From Polyangiaceae bacterium (GTDB lineage Bacteria > Myxococcota_A > Polyangia > Polyangiales > Polyangiaceae), in assembly GCA_044376115.1 (NCBI GenBank), contig JBILLK010000032.1, positions 32,001 to 96,000 on the forward strand: a stretch of DNA of 64,000 nt. Reading direction: 5' to 3'. A model generated the notes under the pieces. The model did not search any database, was not told where the DNA came from, and was given only the letters and a program-made list of their open reading frames with translations. The position numbers were made by a program, and so were the translations under genes. Positions within the stretch are counted from its first letter, which is position 1. Each line of letters begins with the position of its first letter. Shown piece by piece: positions 9,851-19,571 of the stretch.

Positions 9851-10203
9851 TCGAAGGTCGAGCCCAGCGACACGGCCAGCGAGACGAGCGTAAGGATACC
9901 CGCAAGGGCCCCGACCAACCCGTTGGCCGCCAGCGCGAACAGCACGAGCAAACGGCTGCGCGGCGTCGGCGCTTCGTTCAGGCCCATCAGGCTCTGCGCA
10001 AAGCCGGCCGTGGCGAAGACGGCCGAGACCAGCGCAACCGCGACGCCCCACGCGCTCCAGCCCACGTAACGACGCAGCAGGTACCAACTAACCAGCGCGA
10101 GCGTCGCCGCGATCAGCCTCCGCACGCCCGGAACGCGGCTGCGCTTGGGCGGCTCCTCGGCCGCTTGAGCGGGCGGCGCGTAGGGGTTGATCGGCTCGCT
10201 CAT
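9838..10203 (-). CDS. Hypothetical membrane protein with NPYAPP N-terminus
   Basis: MSEPINPYAPP followed by 3 TM segments. Confidence 0.7.
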   Translation of the reverse strand: MSEPINPYAPPAQAAEEPPKRSRVPGVRRLIAATLALVSWYLLRRYVGWSAWGVAVALVSAVFATAGFAQSLMGLNEAPTPRSRLLVLFALAANGLVGALAGILTLVSLAVSLGSTFDYRD

Positions 10204-10225
10204 CGTTAGGCCCGCGCGCTCGCGC

Positions 10226-11851
10226 TCATGGCTTGATCAGCTCGCCGCTGCGCAGGTCGATCTTCATGTCGCGCAAAATCTCCGGCTCGGCGCAAACGAG
10301 CTGCGGCTTCGAGCCTTTGACCTGCTTTTCGATCAAGCTCGTGAGCTTTCGGCCGGTCTGAGCGTCGGGCACGATCGCCGAAAGGAATTTCTGCCCGCCA
10401 TCGCGCGCGACCACGAAGCGCACTTTGTCGAACTCGGTGTGGCCCTTGATCGCCTTGCGCGTGGACGGGAAGTCGTAGTCGTCGGGCGTAACTTTGGTGA
10501 AGCCGTAGAGCACGACCAGGTTCTGCGGGCAGAGCGGCCCAGGCGCGCGACCGAGCGCACCCGAACGGCGGCGAATGGCCTTGTTCTCCGCTTCGGTCGC
10601 GACGCTCATCGACTCATCGGCGGCAGAGAGCCGCTCGCGCAGCAGCGCCCGTCCAGCGCTAATCCAGAGCGTGCCGTCGTCCGCGGTCGCGAGGCTGGTG
10701 GGGGCGTCCGGCGTTTGCACCAGCTCCCATTGTTGGCCGCTCCAGCGGTACAGCGCCGAGGGCGTGGTGACGACTCGCGCACTGCCCTTCCATTTCATGT
10801 CCTCCTGAGACTTCACGAACAGCGTCCCCGCGCGATCGATCGCGAGGTCCGCTGCATCGAGTTCGCCCGGCAACTCGGGCAACGCTTCGATGGCGCCTGC
10901 GTCGAAATGCGAGATGCGCCCGCTGTTCGAAATCCAAGCCTCATCCTCGCCTTTCCCAGCGATGATCTGACTCTCGCCGCCGCCCGCTTTGCGCGTTGAA
11001 CCGGCTACCGACAAGAGCGACGACTTCGCCGTGTTCGGCGGCCAGACCTCGAGGTTGGGGCCTTCATTGCAGGGCTTTCCAACGCTCAGCAGCGTCCCTT
11101 TGCGGGTCGCGCCGGCGGCTTCGGTCACCACCGCGGCGGGCGGAAGCCAAGAGTCCGGGAACCCTGGCTCTTTGGCCCGAAGGGCGGCGTGACATTCTTT
11201 GGAGGGAGGCTGAAACGTGCGTTCGACCTTCGGCCCCAAGAGCGTGATGATCTGCGGCCTCTGCAGGTTCATCCCCGCGCCAACGCGCACCCCGAGCAGT
11301 GAGCCGCCGATCTCGGCCATGCCGACGAAGATGTACGCCTGATCCCAAGCGCGCTGGTTCCACTTGCCCTGCTCGCTGAGGCTCCAATGTTGCGCGACCG
11401 CGATGCGGCCTGTGTCGCCGGTCGCCAGCACGTGCAGGCCCGAGGGATACGCGCCTTTGGCGTCGACCACCGCCAAGTAGAAACCGCCGCCGTAGAGCTC
11501 CGGCCGATCCAAGTAGCGTCCGCTCGGATCGACGAAACCGATGCGGTAGGTCTGGCCCTCCTCGCTGATATTGCTGTCCAGCCCCACGGCCATGAGCGCG
11601 CCTTTCACCGGATGCAGGCCCATGCGCTCGGGCAGCTCGCTGACGACCACGAGCGGCGAAGGGACCGGCGGCTTGGCCTCGAGCGGCGTCCCCGTCGAGC
11701 TCGACTGCGCCGACGCTGAGGCGGAAACGCTGGGCGCTATTTCGCCTGGGCCCGCAGGCTTGACCGACGCTCCGCTTCCACCGCCGCAGGCAGCCAGACT
11801 GCATGCGGCAACGACCGACCAGGACCCAACGAACGAACGCAGCGGTTTCAC
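10226..11851 (-). CDS. Hypothetical lipoprotein
   Basis: Lipobox LAAC, 541 aa; TAGGCT 6 nt before GTG. Confidence 0.78.
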   Translation of the reverse strand: MKPLRSFVGSWSVVAACSLAACGGGSGASVKPAGPGEIAPSVSASASAQSSSTGTPLEAKPPVPSPLVVVSELPERMGLHPVKGALMAVGLDSNISEEGQTYRIGFVDPSGRYLDRPELYGGGFYLAVVDAKGAYPSGLHVLATGDTGRIAVAQHWSLSEQGKWNQRAWDQAYIFVGMAEIGGSLLGVRVGAGMNLQRPQIITLLGPKVERTFQPPSKECHAALRAKEPGFPDSWLPPAAVVTEAAGATRKGTLLSVGKPCNEGPNLEVWPPNTAKSSLLSVAGSTRKAGGGESQIIAGKGEDEAWISNSGRISHFDAGAIEALPELPGELDAADLAIDRAGTLFVKSQEDMKWKGSARVVTTPSALYRWSGQQWELVQTPDAPTSLATADDGTLWISAGRALLRERLSAADESMSVATEAENKAIRRRSGALGRAPGPLCPQNLVVLYGFTKVTPDDYDFPSTRKAIKGHTEFDKVRFVVARDGGQKFLSAIVPDAQTGRKLTSLIEKQVKGSKPQLVCAEPEILRDMKIDLRSGELIKP

Positions 11852-11886
11852 GCCGCGAGCCTAGCCCGCGCCCAGCACCGAGAACA

Positions 11887-12630
11887 ATGGCGGCCGTGCT
11901 CGAGCCCTGCGCGCTTGCTCCCGCGGCCTATGCGGTGCACAACTCCGATGTGCAGGGTCTTTACGCCATCGTCGACATGGACGCGCTCCGCGGCCGCTCG
12001 GTTACCGCGACGGAAGTGGCCGCCGCTTTGATTGAGGGCGGCGCCAGCACGCTGCAACTCCGTGCCAAAGGTGCATCGCTCGCCGATATGCGCGCGTTGG
12101 CCGCGCCGCTGGCCGAGCTCGTGACGCGCAAGCTCAACGCCGAGAGCTTCTTCGTCAACGACGCGATCGAAATAGCGCTCGAGCTCGGCGTGGGCGTGCA
12201 TCTCGGCCAGGAAGATCGCTCCACCGCTGAGGCGCGCGCGCTCGCTGGTGCACGGCCGCTGCGCATCGGCCGCTCGACGCACAACCTCGAACAAATGCGC
12301 GCCGCCCTGCGTGAGCCCAACGACTATCTCGCGCTCGGCCCGGTCTTCGCTACCGCCAGCAAAGAGCGACCGGATCCGGTGATCGGCGCCGCTGCGGCGA
12401 ACGAGATCGCCGCTGAGGCACGCAGGCTCGGTTGGCACAAACCGCTCGTCGCGATCGGTGGAATTGATGTGCAGACCAGCGGCGAACTACCGGCCTTCGA
12501 TGCCGTGGCGGTGATCAGCGCGCCGCTCCCCGAGCGCGGCCTGGATCGCGCGAGCACGTTGTGCGCGGTGGTAGAGCGTACGGCCGTTTTGCTGCGCGCC
12601 TTCGAGCAAGCCAAGCGCGGTGCAGCTTGA
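11887..12630 (+). CDS. thiE: Thiamine-phosphate synthase
   Basis: LYAIVD, LQLRAK, FVND, GVHLGQED, GRSTHN, DYLALGPVFATASK, VAIGGI; alternative start GTG 11950. Confidence 0.92.
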   Translation: MAAVLEPCALAPAAYAVHNSDVQGLYAIVDMDALRGRSVTATEVAAALIEGGASTLQLRAKGASLADMRALAAPLAELVTRKLNAESFFVNDAIEIALELGVGVHLGQEDRSTAEARALAGARPLRIGRSTHNLEQMRAALREPNDYLALGPVFATASKERPDPVIGAAAANEIAAEARRLGWHKPLVAIGGIDVQTSGELPAFDAVAVISAPLPERGLDRASTLCAVVERTAVLLRAFEQAKRGAA

Positions 12631-13262
12631 GCCTGCTGTTGATCGCTGGTTGCGCCGCAGGCCTTGCTGCGGTCAGCGGCTTCGTTGCGGCTCGACGTGC
12701 GCGCGTGCTGGTGGACGGAACAAAAGGCGCGCCCGAGGCGCTGCCCGCTCCCGTTGCAACGGCCGCCCCGGAGGAAGAAGAGCTCGGCGTCAGCTTGAAG
12801 CTCGGTCACGTGGTTGCGCTGGTGGGGGCTGGCGCGGTCGCGGGTCAAAGTGAAGAGCGTTGGCTCTCCGGAGGCCTCGTCCTTTCCGAGGGGGACTCGG
12901 TGGCCGCGGTGATTTTCAGCGCGCCGGAGGGAATCGCGCAGGGCATGGTGGTGGCCTTCCCTGCGCCGCGCAGTGAGATCTTGTGGCTCAGTCCGGTCGA
13001 GGTGGAGCTCGGTTCGGATTTGCCGACCACGATCGAACACCAGGGCCTCGTGCTGCAGCGCAAACGGCGTTTGGGTGTGAGCCTGCGCCGCGTCGGTCGA
13101 GATGCGCCCTCGCTCGGCAAGCAAGGCGTTTACGCCGAATACGCCTCCACCGGCGCTGAAACGCTGGTGGCGCTGCTCGGGGAGTCCGGCGCCATTCAAC
13201 TGTGGGGCCGGCGGCTGACGTCGGCCGAATACGATCCAATGGGAAGCGGAGTGTCACGGTGA
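12627..13262 (+). CDS. Hypothetical membrane-anchored protein
   Basis: TTGA overlap with thiE; N-terminal TM helix. Confidence 0.65.
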   Translation: MSLLLIAGCAAGLAAVSGFVAARRARVLVDGTKGAPEALPAPVATAAPEEEELGVSLKLGHVVALVGAGAVAGQSEERWLSGGLVLSEGDSVAAVIFSAPEGIAQGMVVAFPAPRSEILWLSPVEVELGSDLPTTIEHQGLVLQRKRRLGVSLRRVGRDAPSLGKQGVYAEYASTGAETLVALLGESGAIQLWGRRLTSAEYDPMGSGVSR

Positions 13263-14128
13263 GTCACGACCACGATCACAGCCACGATCACGATCACAAT
13301 CATGACCACGGTCACGACCACGAGCATGTGGACTTCGCGCAGCAGCGCGCGGCGATCCTCTCCGATTTGCAGCAAGTGTTCGAACAAGAGCTGGCCTTCC
13401 GTGAATGGGGACGCCTTTTGATCGAGCTCGCCAAAGACAAGAGCGGTGCCTTGCGCGTCGCCGACGTGGTCGTCGAGGAGATCGTCGATGAGGCGCTGGT
13501 AGAGCGGCTGTTCGAGCAGCCTGCGGCGGGCCAAGTGATGTCGGGCTTACCGGTGGTGATCGAGGCGCTGGTCGGGCTCGCCGGCGACGCCGATTTGGAG
13601 AAGCTCGGCGGTGGCACCTTCATTCGCTTCGAAGGCGAAGACGGCGACAAACTCGAGTTCTTGCCCGGCCTCGTGCGTGCGCCCAGCGTCGGCTTCGACA
13701 GCGTCCGTGAGAGCGTGCTGACGCGAGCTCGCGAGAACGATCTGGTGACGCGCTTCGACCTCGGCGGGGCCGTCGTGCAGACCGACATGGAGCTCGGCGC
13801 GCTGCGCTTCGTGCGCGGGGAAACGCCGATCGCCGAGGGCCGTCAGGTCGTGCTCGGCTCCTTCGCCAGGCCGGCCCGCGCTTGGGTTTGGGCGGCCTTC
13901 AACCCGAGCCTCAACGAGACCGCCAAGGCCCGCGCCAGCGCCCTGCTCGACGCCATGCCCGACCGCAGCGCCTGGGAGATCACCACCCCTGGCCTCGTAA
14001 CCGACTCACCGACCGCCTGGGCGCTCGCCTGGTGGGTCGCGCTCGAGAACAAGCTCCTGGGCGTCGTACGCGTCGACACCGACGACGGCTTCGTCGTGCT
14101 CGGGGTGGAGTCGCTCGAGGCGCGCTAG
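13259..14128 (+). CDS. His-rich N-terminus plus DUF6882-like domain protein
   Basis: GTGA overlap; SHDHDHSHDHDHNHDHGHDHEH; C-terminal QVVLGSF..WVWAAFNPSL motif. Confidence 0.72.
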   Translation: MSHDHDHSHDHDHNHDHGHDHEHVDFAQQRAAILSDLQQVFEQELAFREWGRLLIELAKDKSGALRVADVVVEEIVDEALVERLFEQPAAGQVMSGLPVVIEALVGLAGDADLEKLGGGTFIRFEGEDGDKLEFLPGLVRAPSVGFDSVRESVLTRARENDLVTRFDLGGAVVQTDMELGALRFVRGETPIAEGRQVVLGSFARPARAWVWAAFNPSLNETAKARASALLDAMPDRSAWEITTPGLVTDSPTAWALAWWVALENKLLGVVRVDTDDGFVVLGVESLEAR

Positions 14129-14195
14129 CGTGCGAGCCGGTTGAGTGAACCGTCCGGGACGCCGACGAATCGCTGCTACCCTCAGCGACCTCGTC

Positions 14196-15445
14196 CTACG
14201 GACCGACGGTCTGCGCCCATAGAACGACTTGTCCGTCGCGCTGGGCGACGAAGGTGACTCCGCCATCGTGGGAGACGACGACCGCGAGACTGCCAGGGTG
14301 GCGGTTCACGAACCGGTACGCCGCTCGATGGCGCGTACCCACCGCTTCGATATCCTCGGAACGGCGCGCGTCCCCTTCCCGATCGAGCGCCCGCCACACT
14401 TGCAACGGTGAACCAAGATCCGCAGAAACCTCCGCCCCGAAGCCAACGACTGCAAAGCGCTTATCGAGGACGACCGCGCCGTCGATGGCGGCCAGGTTGG
14501 CAATGACGCGACTCCACTCGAATACCGCCTGCTCGAGCCGCTCGAGATCGGGACTGGAGCTGGTGACGAAGTCCGTCCAGTCGATCGATGCGTTCGGCGT
14601 CGAGTCGGCGAGTGCCCCGAGCAGGCGAAGCAGCAGCGCGCGAAATCGCTGCGCCGGTTCGTCGCGCTCGAGGCCATATTTGATGCGAAGACCATCGATG
14701 CTTCCGTCGTGGATGAGGATGAGCCCGCCGTGTTGTGCGCCGCGCACGAGTTGGATGCATCGGCGCACCATGTGCTGCGACCAACGAGCGAAGTAGAGAC
14801 GGCGGTGGGAACCTTTTTGTTCGCCTGCAGCGCGCCGTGCTGTTCACGCAACTCTTCGCGTTCGCGGCTAAAGAGCGCAGGCAGCCAGGCGGAGTCGAAC
14901 ACGTCGATGGTCGTGTCGACGAGCGCGCCACGCACGATCGCGCCGATGAGAACGCCAGCGCGACGCACGGCGACCTGAGCCGGCCCGTTGACGTGAATGA
15001 TCGGATCGAAGGTCCAGTTCGAGCCCCCATCACGCCCGCCCCACGTCGGCGCGAGCCACGCCGGACCGGAGTGCGCGATGCCCCAGATTCGAAGCCCATC
15101 TGCCTCCGCGTGCACCCCGATGAGCGCGGTCTCGAAGGGAGCCGAGGGCGCCAAGCGGCGCAGCTCATCGCTATGCAGCGGCCTTGTGCGGTCGAGCTTT
15201 AGCCGGAGTACGCCGTGGTTCGGCTCGCCATCCGGAGGGAGCGCATCCGGCCCCATCAGAAGCATGCGGAATCGAGTCGGTCGCATCTCCTCGGTGGTCA
15301 TCGACGCCTGATAGGCGGCGGCGATCGCCTCGTGGAGTTGGTCCTCCGAGATGCCGAGCGGCGTAGCCGATGGCCAATGCTTGGCGACCCAGCGCGCGAG
15401 GTCGGGCGGATAGGCGCGCTCACATCTCCGATCCGCGTCGGTCAT
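14196..15445 (-). pseudogene. DACNV-type sensor domain plus DisA_N-like diadenylate cyclase, split by a -1 frameshift at about 14772-14843
   Basis: 5' frame from ATG 15445 (AYQASMTTEEMRP..LRRLAP..LRIWG); 3' frame 14196-14771 has HGG, AAIDGAVVL and GTRHRAAY DAC motifs. Confidence 0.8.
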
Positions 15446-15609
15446 TCGGCCGAGCATAGCATTCCGCTTGGCACGCTCTGTCCGAACGCTGCGGCGCAAC
15501 GATGTGCCCGAGGCCGCTACCCGGCCGCGCGAAGCATGGGGCGGCCAGCGCAACGCATGACGATGGGGGAGGTATGCATCGCGGCCGTCGTACCAGCTGA
15601 CGCGCGCAC

Positions 15610-16614
15610 ATGGCCGACCCGATCCTCTACGCGACGCCCGTGTTCGCACTTGCGCTTGGCGCCGAGGGGCTCGCGCTTCGGGGCACCCGACGCGCCTTCA
15701 CGTTCCGGCGCCTCGGGAGCGCCCTCGGTTGCCTGGCCTGGGACCAGCTGATCAACCTCGCCACCTTCGCGGTGTTCCTCGGCGCGTACGCAGCGGTCCA
15801 CCAGGCCTCCACATCGGAGCTCCGGCTCGCGCACGGCCCGGTAGCAATCCTGCTCGCCATCGTCCTCCACGACGTCGCCTACTACGCCTACCACCGGGCA
15901 TCGCATCGAGTGAACGTGCTCTGGGCCGTGCACGTAGTGCACCACCAGAGCGACCATTACGACTTCACCGTCTCGCTGCGACAAGGCGCGGTCGCCACTT
16001 GGGTGACCTACCTGTTCTATCTGCCGCTGGCGTTGGTGGTCCCCGCGGAGACGTTCGTGCTCGTCCACGCGGCCTATCAGATCTACCAGTTCTTCGTGCA
16101 CACCGAGCTGGTGCGGCGTATCGGCCCGCTGGAGTGGCTCCTGGCGAGCCCCAGCCACCACCGCGTGCATCACGGCCAGAACGCCCCCTACGTCGACAAG
16201 AACTACGGCGGCTTCTTCATCGTCTTCGATCGGCTCCTGGGGACCTTCGAACCGGAGTCGGGCCCGGTGCACTACGGCGTCCCCGGTGGTTACGCGCGCA
16301 CCAGCCCGCTCTTCGCCAACACGTATTTGTTCGTGCGGCTCCTCGCGGCGTCGCGACGCGCGCAGGGCTTCGGCGATCTGCTTCGGCTTTGGTTCGGTCC
16401 TCCGGAAGGTAGCCCACTCAGCAGCGCCGCACCGGCAGCAGAGCGGCGCGCCTCCCGAGGGCTCGGCCGGTTCGCCCTCGGCGCGGGGCTCGCCCTAGCG
16501 CTCGTCACGGTGGTCGCGGGCGCTGGCCTCGGCACGGGACTTCGAATCGCCCTCGGCCTCGTGGCTCTCGCCGCAATCGAAGCCGGCAGCAAGCTCATCG
16601 ACACTCCGGCCTGA
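15610..16614 (+). CDS. Sterol desaturase / fatty acid hydroxylase family protein (alkylglycerol monooxygenase-like)
   Basis: His boxes YHRASH, HVVHH, HTE, HHRVHH; DKNYGG..FDRLLGTF. Confidence 0.9.
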   Translation: MADPILYATPVFALALGAEGLALRGTRRAFTFRRLGSALGCLAWDQLINLATFAVFLGAYAAVHQASTSELRLAHGPVAILLAIVLHDVAYYAYHRASHRVNVLWAVHVVHHQSDHYDFTVSLRQGAVATWVTYLFYLPLALVVPAETFVLVHAAYQIYQFFVHTELVRRIGPLEWLLASPSHHRVHHGQNAPYVDKNYGGFFIVFDRLLGTFEPESGPVHYGVPGGYARTSPLFANTYLFVRLLAASRRAQGFGDLLRLWFGPPEGSPLSSAAPAAERRASRGLGRFALGAGLALALVTVVAGAGLGTGLRIALGLVALAAIEAGSKLIDTPA

Positions 16615-16675
16615 GCGCAGAGTTAGCGCGCGTGATGCTCGAGCAGCGCATGCCCGTTGCCAGACGGCGAGCGGC

Positions 16676-18082
16676 TCAGTGCCTCAGATACCCGACGAAT
16701 CCGAGCGTGCCTTTCGAGTACGGACTCGCGTAGAGGGCAAGCTCGTCCGCGTCGTTGGGGCATATTCTGAAAGCAGGCTCGAGGCTCGGAAACAGGCGTG
16801 CCGCAGCATCGGTATCCGCGGGCTCCTGTTCGAGCAGGCGAGCGCAGGCCTCCTCGAGGACGTCGGCGTCGCCTCGCTCGAGAGCGACAATGACGCCGAG
16901 CGCATCCACCGCGGCGAACACGGCGCCATCGAGCTGAACCGTGCTGAGCAGTTGCTCTGCCGTCATCTTGCGGGCGCGCGCGTCGGCGAGTGACTTGGCC
17001 TCCTCGTTCGGGTTGCCGAGCGGCGCGTCATGGTTGAACTCGCCGGCGCGTTGCTGGCCGCCCAGCACGCTGCGCGCGGCGCCTGCTGCGTCCGCGGGCC
17101 AGCTGAGCTCGAGGCTGAAGGCCAGCCGGCTCTTGGTTTGCCAAGCGATGCACGGCCGCTCCACACGCGACTGCGCTGAGCCCCCCGGCACCATGTACGC
17201 ATCGAGCCGTTGCTCGACACAGACGGTCTTCTGCGGCTCGGTCTCGCTTAGCTCGACCTGGACGTCGAAGACGCGAAGACGCGGCGTGCTCGCAGAAGCG
17301 GCGGCCTGCCCATCGGCCGGTGAGGCCAGGCTGCGCATCAGCCCGCTCGGCGCCTCGCTGAGGATGACGTCACGTCGGCGACGCGCTGGCGAGGAGAACG
17401 CTGCTTCGCAAGCCTGCCGCGCGCGTAAGACGTCAACCGCCGTCTCCGTTGCCACCGAGGTATCCTGCGTTGCCAACTCTCGGCCCAGGGTCGCTGCTCG
17501 ACATGCGTGGCGGGCCGAGGAGCTTGGTCGGCCGGCGCGGGCCTGCGCATCGAAGCGCTCGAGGTGGAACCGCACCGCCTCGGCGAACAGCTCCCGCTCG
17601 CGAGGTACGCTCTTCCACGCGGGCGTCTCCTCCACCAGGACGAACGGGCCGAGCGACTGCCGTACCACACCCTCGACGAAGCGAACGCGCGAGATCGCAC
17701 TCTCGTAGCGCCGCTCGCCGCGAGTCCTTTCGATATCGGCAACCACTCCCGGCAGCGCGCTCATCAGCTGCGCCTTCGCCTGCTCGCGCTGATCGTTCTC
17801 CCCGTAGACCTCGCCTCCGTCCCAAAACAAAAGCGACGCACGGTCGAATCGCTCCCCGTCGCTGCTGGCCGCGTCGACCTCAGCCAGCCAACACGCAGCG
17901 ACCTCGCTGGACTCACGCGTGCAGTCGCCACCGCGGTCAGCCGAGCAGCGCGAGTGCGCAGCGAGTTGGGCTCCGCACACCCCAACGGGCGCGGGCGTTT
18001 CCGGCGTGGTTGACGCAACCCCCGTGCATCCGAGCGCGAGCAGCGCGCCACCGAGCAGTCCGAGTTGCGTCTTCAGAATCAT
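16676..18082 (-). CDS. Hypothetical lipoprotein
   Basis: Lipobox ALGC; Cys-rich N-terminal region. Confidence 0.68.
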   Translation of the reverse strand: MILKTQLGLLGGALLALGCTGVASTTPETPAPVGVCGAQLAAHSRCSADRGGDCTRESSEVAACWLAEVDAASSDGERFDRASLLFWDGGEVYGENDQREQAKAQLMSALPGVVADIERTRGERRYESAISRVRFVEGVVRQSLGPFVLVEETPAWKSVPRERELFAEAVRFHLERFDAQARAGRPSSSARHACRAATLGRELATQDTSVATETAVDVLRARQACEAAFSSPARRRRDVILSEAPSGLMRSLASPADGQAAASASTPRLRVFDVQVELSETEPQKTVCVEQRLDAYMVPGGSAQSRVERPCIAWQTKSRLAFSLELSWPADAAGAARSVLGGQQRAGEFNHDAPLGNPNEEAKSLADARARKMTAEQLLSTVQLDGAVFAAVDALGVIVALERGDADVLEEACARLLEQEPADTDAAARLFPSLEPAFRICPNDADELALYASPYSKGTLGFVGYLRH

Positions 18083-18228
18083 GGGCGAAAGAACGGCGGA
18101 AGCCAGAGGAGCTTACAGCTGAGGAGGCCTGCGGTGGGACGAAGCTTTGCTTGGCGACGACATCCCGCGCCCGCGGCGCGCCGTGAAATGCCTGTGGTCT
18201 TCCATCCCTTGGGCCTTACGCTCCGCTC

Positions 18229-18571
18229 ATGATCTGCCCCCGTTGCCCAGGAGCGTTACCGCTTTCAACCTGGCGTGTTCCGAGCCCCGAGGGCGATGTC
18301 GAGCTGCAAGGGTGCGACACATGTCAGGGTCTCTACCTGACGAAGGCCCAGCAGAAGTCGGCTTGCAGGAGCTGCGCTCGCGCAGACGCAGGTCAAGTGC
18401 GTCTATTGTGAGCGCGTGTTCGAGCCTAACGAGCTGATGTTCTGGGAGCACGGACGCATCTGTCGAGGCTGCAAGCAGGTTCGAGACGTGCGCGCTGCAG
18501 AGCGAGAGCAGGGTACTTCCACAAACAGCAGCTGGCTCGACCAGCTCGTGAGCGCGATTCTCCGCAGCTGA
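18229..18571 (+). pseudogene. Double zinc-ribbon (zf-TFIIB-like) protein, frameshifted at about 18341-18408
   Basis: Frame 1 MICPRC..VELQGCDTCQGLYL; +1 frame continues VKCVYC..ICRGCK..WLDQLVSAILRS* (TGA 18569-18571). Confidence 0.65.
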
Positions 18572-18661
18572 CGAGCACGCCCAAAGCCTTTGCACAGGCT
18601 TCGAAGACGGGCCGCGGGGCTCGCGTTGGCGTGCGCGGGAGTCCTCGACTAGCATCGCGGG

Positions 18662-19459
18662 GTGAGACGAGCGGTGACGATCGAGCTGGCAAGAGTCGAA
18701 CTGCCGCATTGGTACGCAGCGCTCGTGGCCGACGCCGTCGAACACGCTCTCTCCGAAGCCGATTGGCAAGACCACGGCGCGCCCAAGTTGGCCGCGTGGA
18801 TCTTGGGAGAGTTCGGGCGCCTCGCCGAGAACCTCGGCGGCGCCGCCGCGAACCCGCAGCTCGTGACCCGAATCGCTTCGACGCGTGAGAACGTGGAGCG
18901 GCTCGGCTCCGCACTGCAGGCCGGTCTGCGGCACGACGCAGCGTTCTATCAACGCCTCCAGAGCATCGGCGACCAGTGGTTCGTCGAGCGCACCGTGGAG
19001 CTACTTGGCCTGCGCTTCGAGTCGCCAGCGCTCGTCGCGGTTCCCCGCGCGGCCTTCGCCGCGATCGAGGCGACCGTTCAAGATGCGTTCACACGCGGCG
19101 AGAACGTCGACGCGCGGTTGCTAGAGACGCTCGAACGCGCGGGCATTCCTGCGCTGTTCGACCGGCTGCGTGCGATGAATGCCCTGCAGCCCACGCCTGC
19201 GGCGCTCCTTGCAGAAGGCCTACCGTTGGCGACGGTGCTGAGCGTCGAGCCAACCGACGATCCAGCGCTCGAACGCGTCGTGTTCGCCTCGCTCTCTTCG
19301 CAGAATCCGCGCACCTATCGTCCCGCTGAAAGGTTCGCAGTGGGCGAGTCGATCGAGCACACCAAGCTCGGCCGCGGAGTCGTCGTCGCGCTCGGTGAGG
19401 GCAAGATCCGGGTGCGCTTCGCCGACGGTGAGCGTACGCTCGTTCACGCTCCCGGGTGA
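18662..19459 (+). CDS. Hypothetical protein with C-terminal Tudor/SH3-like (PcrA/UvrD CTD-like) domain
   Basis: C-terminus YRPAERFAVGESIEHTKLGRGVVVALGEGKIRVRFADGERTLVH. Confidence 0.72.
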   Translation: MRRAVTIELARVELPHWYAALVADAVEHALSEADWQDHGAPKLAAWILGEFGRLAENLGGAAANPQLVTRIASTRENVERLGSALQAGLRHDAAFYQRLQSIGDQWFVERTVELLGLRFESPALVAVPRAAFAAIEATVQDAFTRGENVDARLLETLERAGIPALFDRLRAMNALQPTPAALLAEGLPLATVLSVEPTDDPALERVVFASLSSQNPRTYRPAERFAVGESIEHTKLGRGVVVALGEGKIRVRFADGERTLVHAPG

Positions 19460-19571
19460 AGAGCACCCACTGCAAACGAAGCGTCACGCATCGCTGTGAA
19501 CGCATCTCTGTGAATACCGGCGAACCCCAAGAGCTTCTTGGAACAACGCGATCCAATGGCGCAGCTACTCA

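Noticed and set aside
11852..11950. TPP riboswitch before thiE; likewise a SAM riboswitch before metY and a guanidine riboswitch before the DDAH gene
   Set aside because: Gaps too short or consensus motifs not seen
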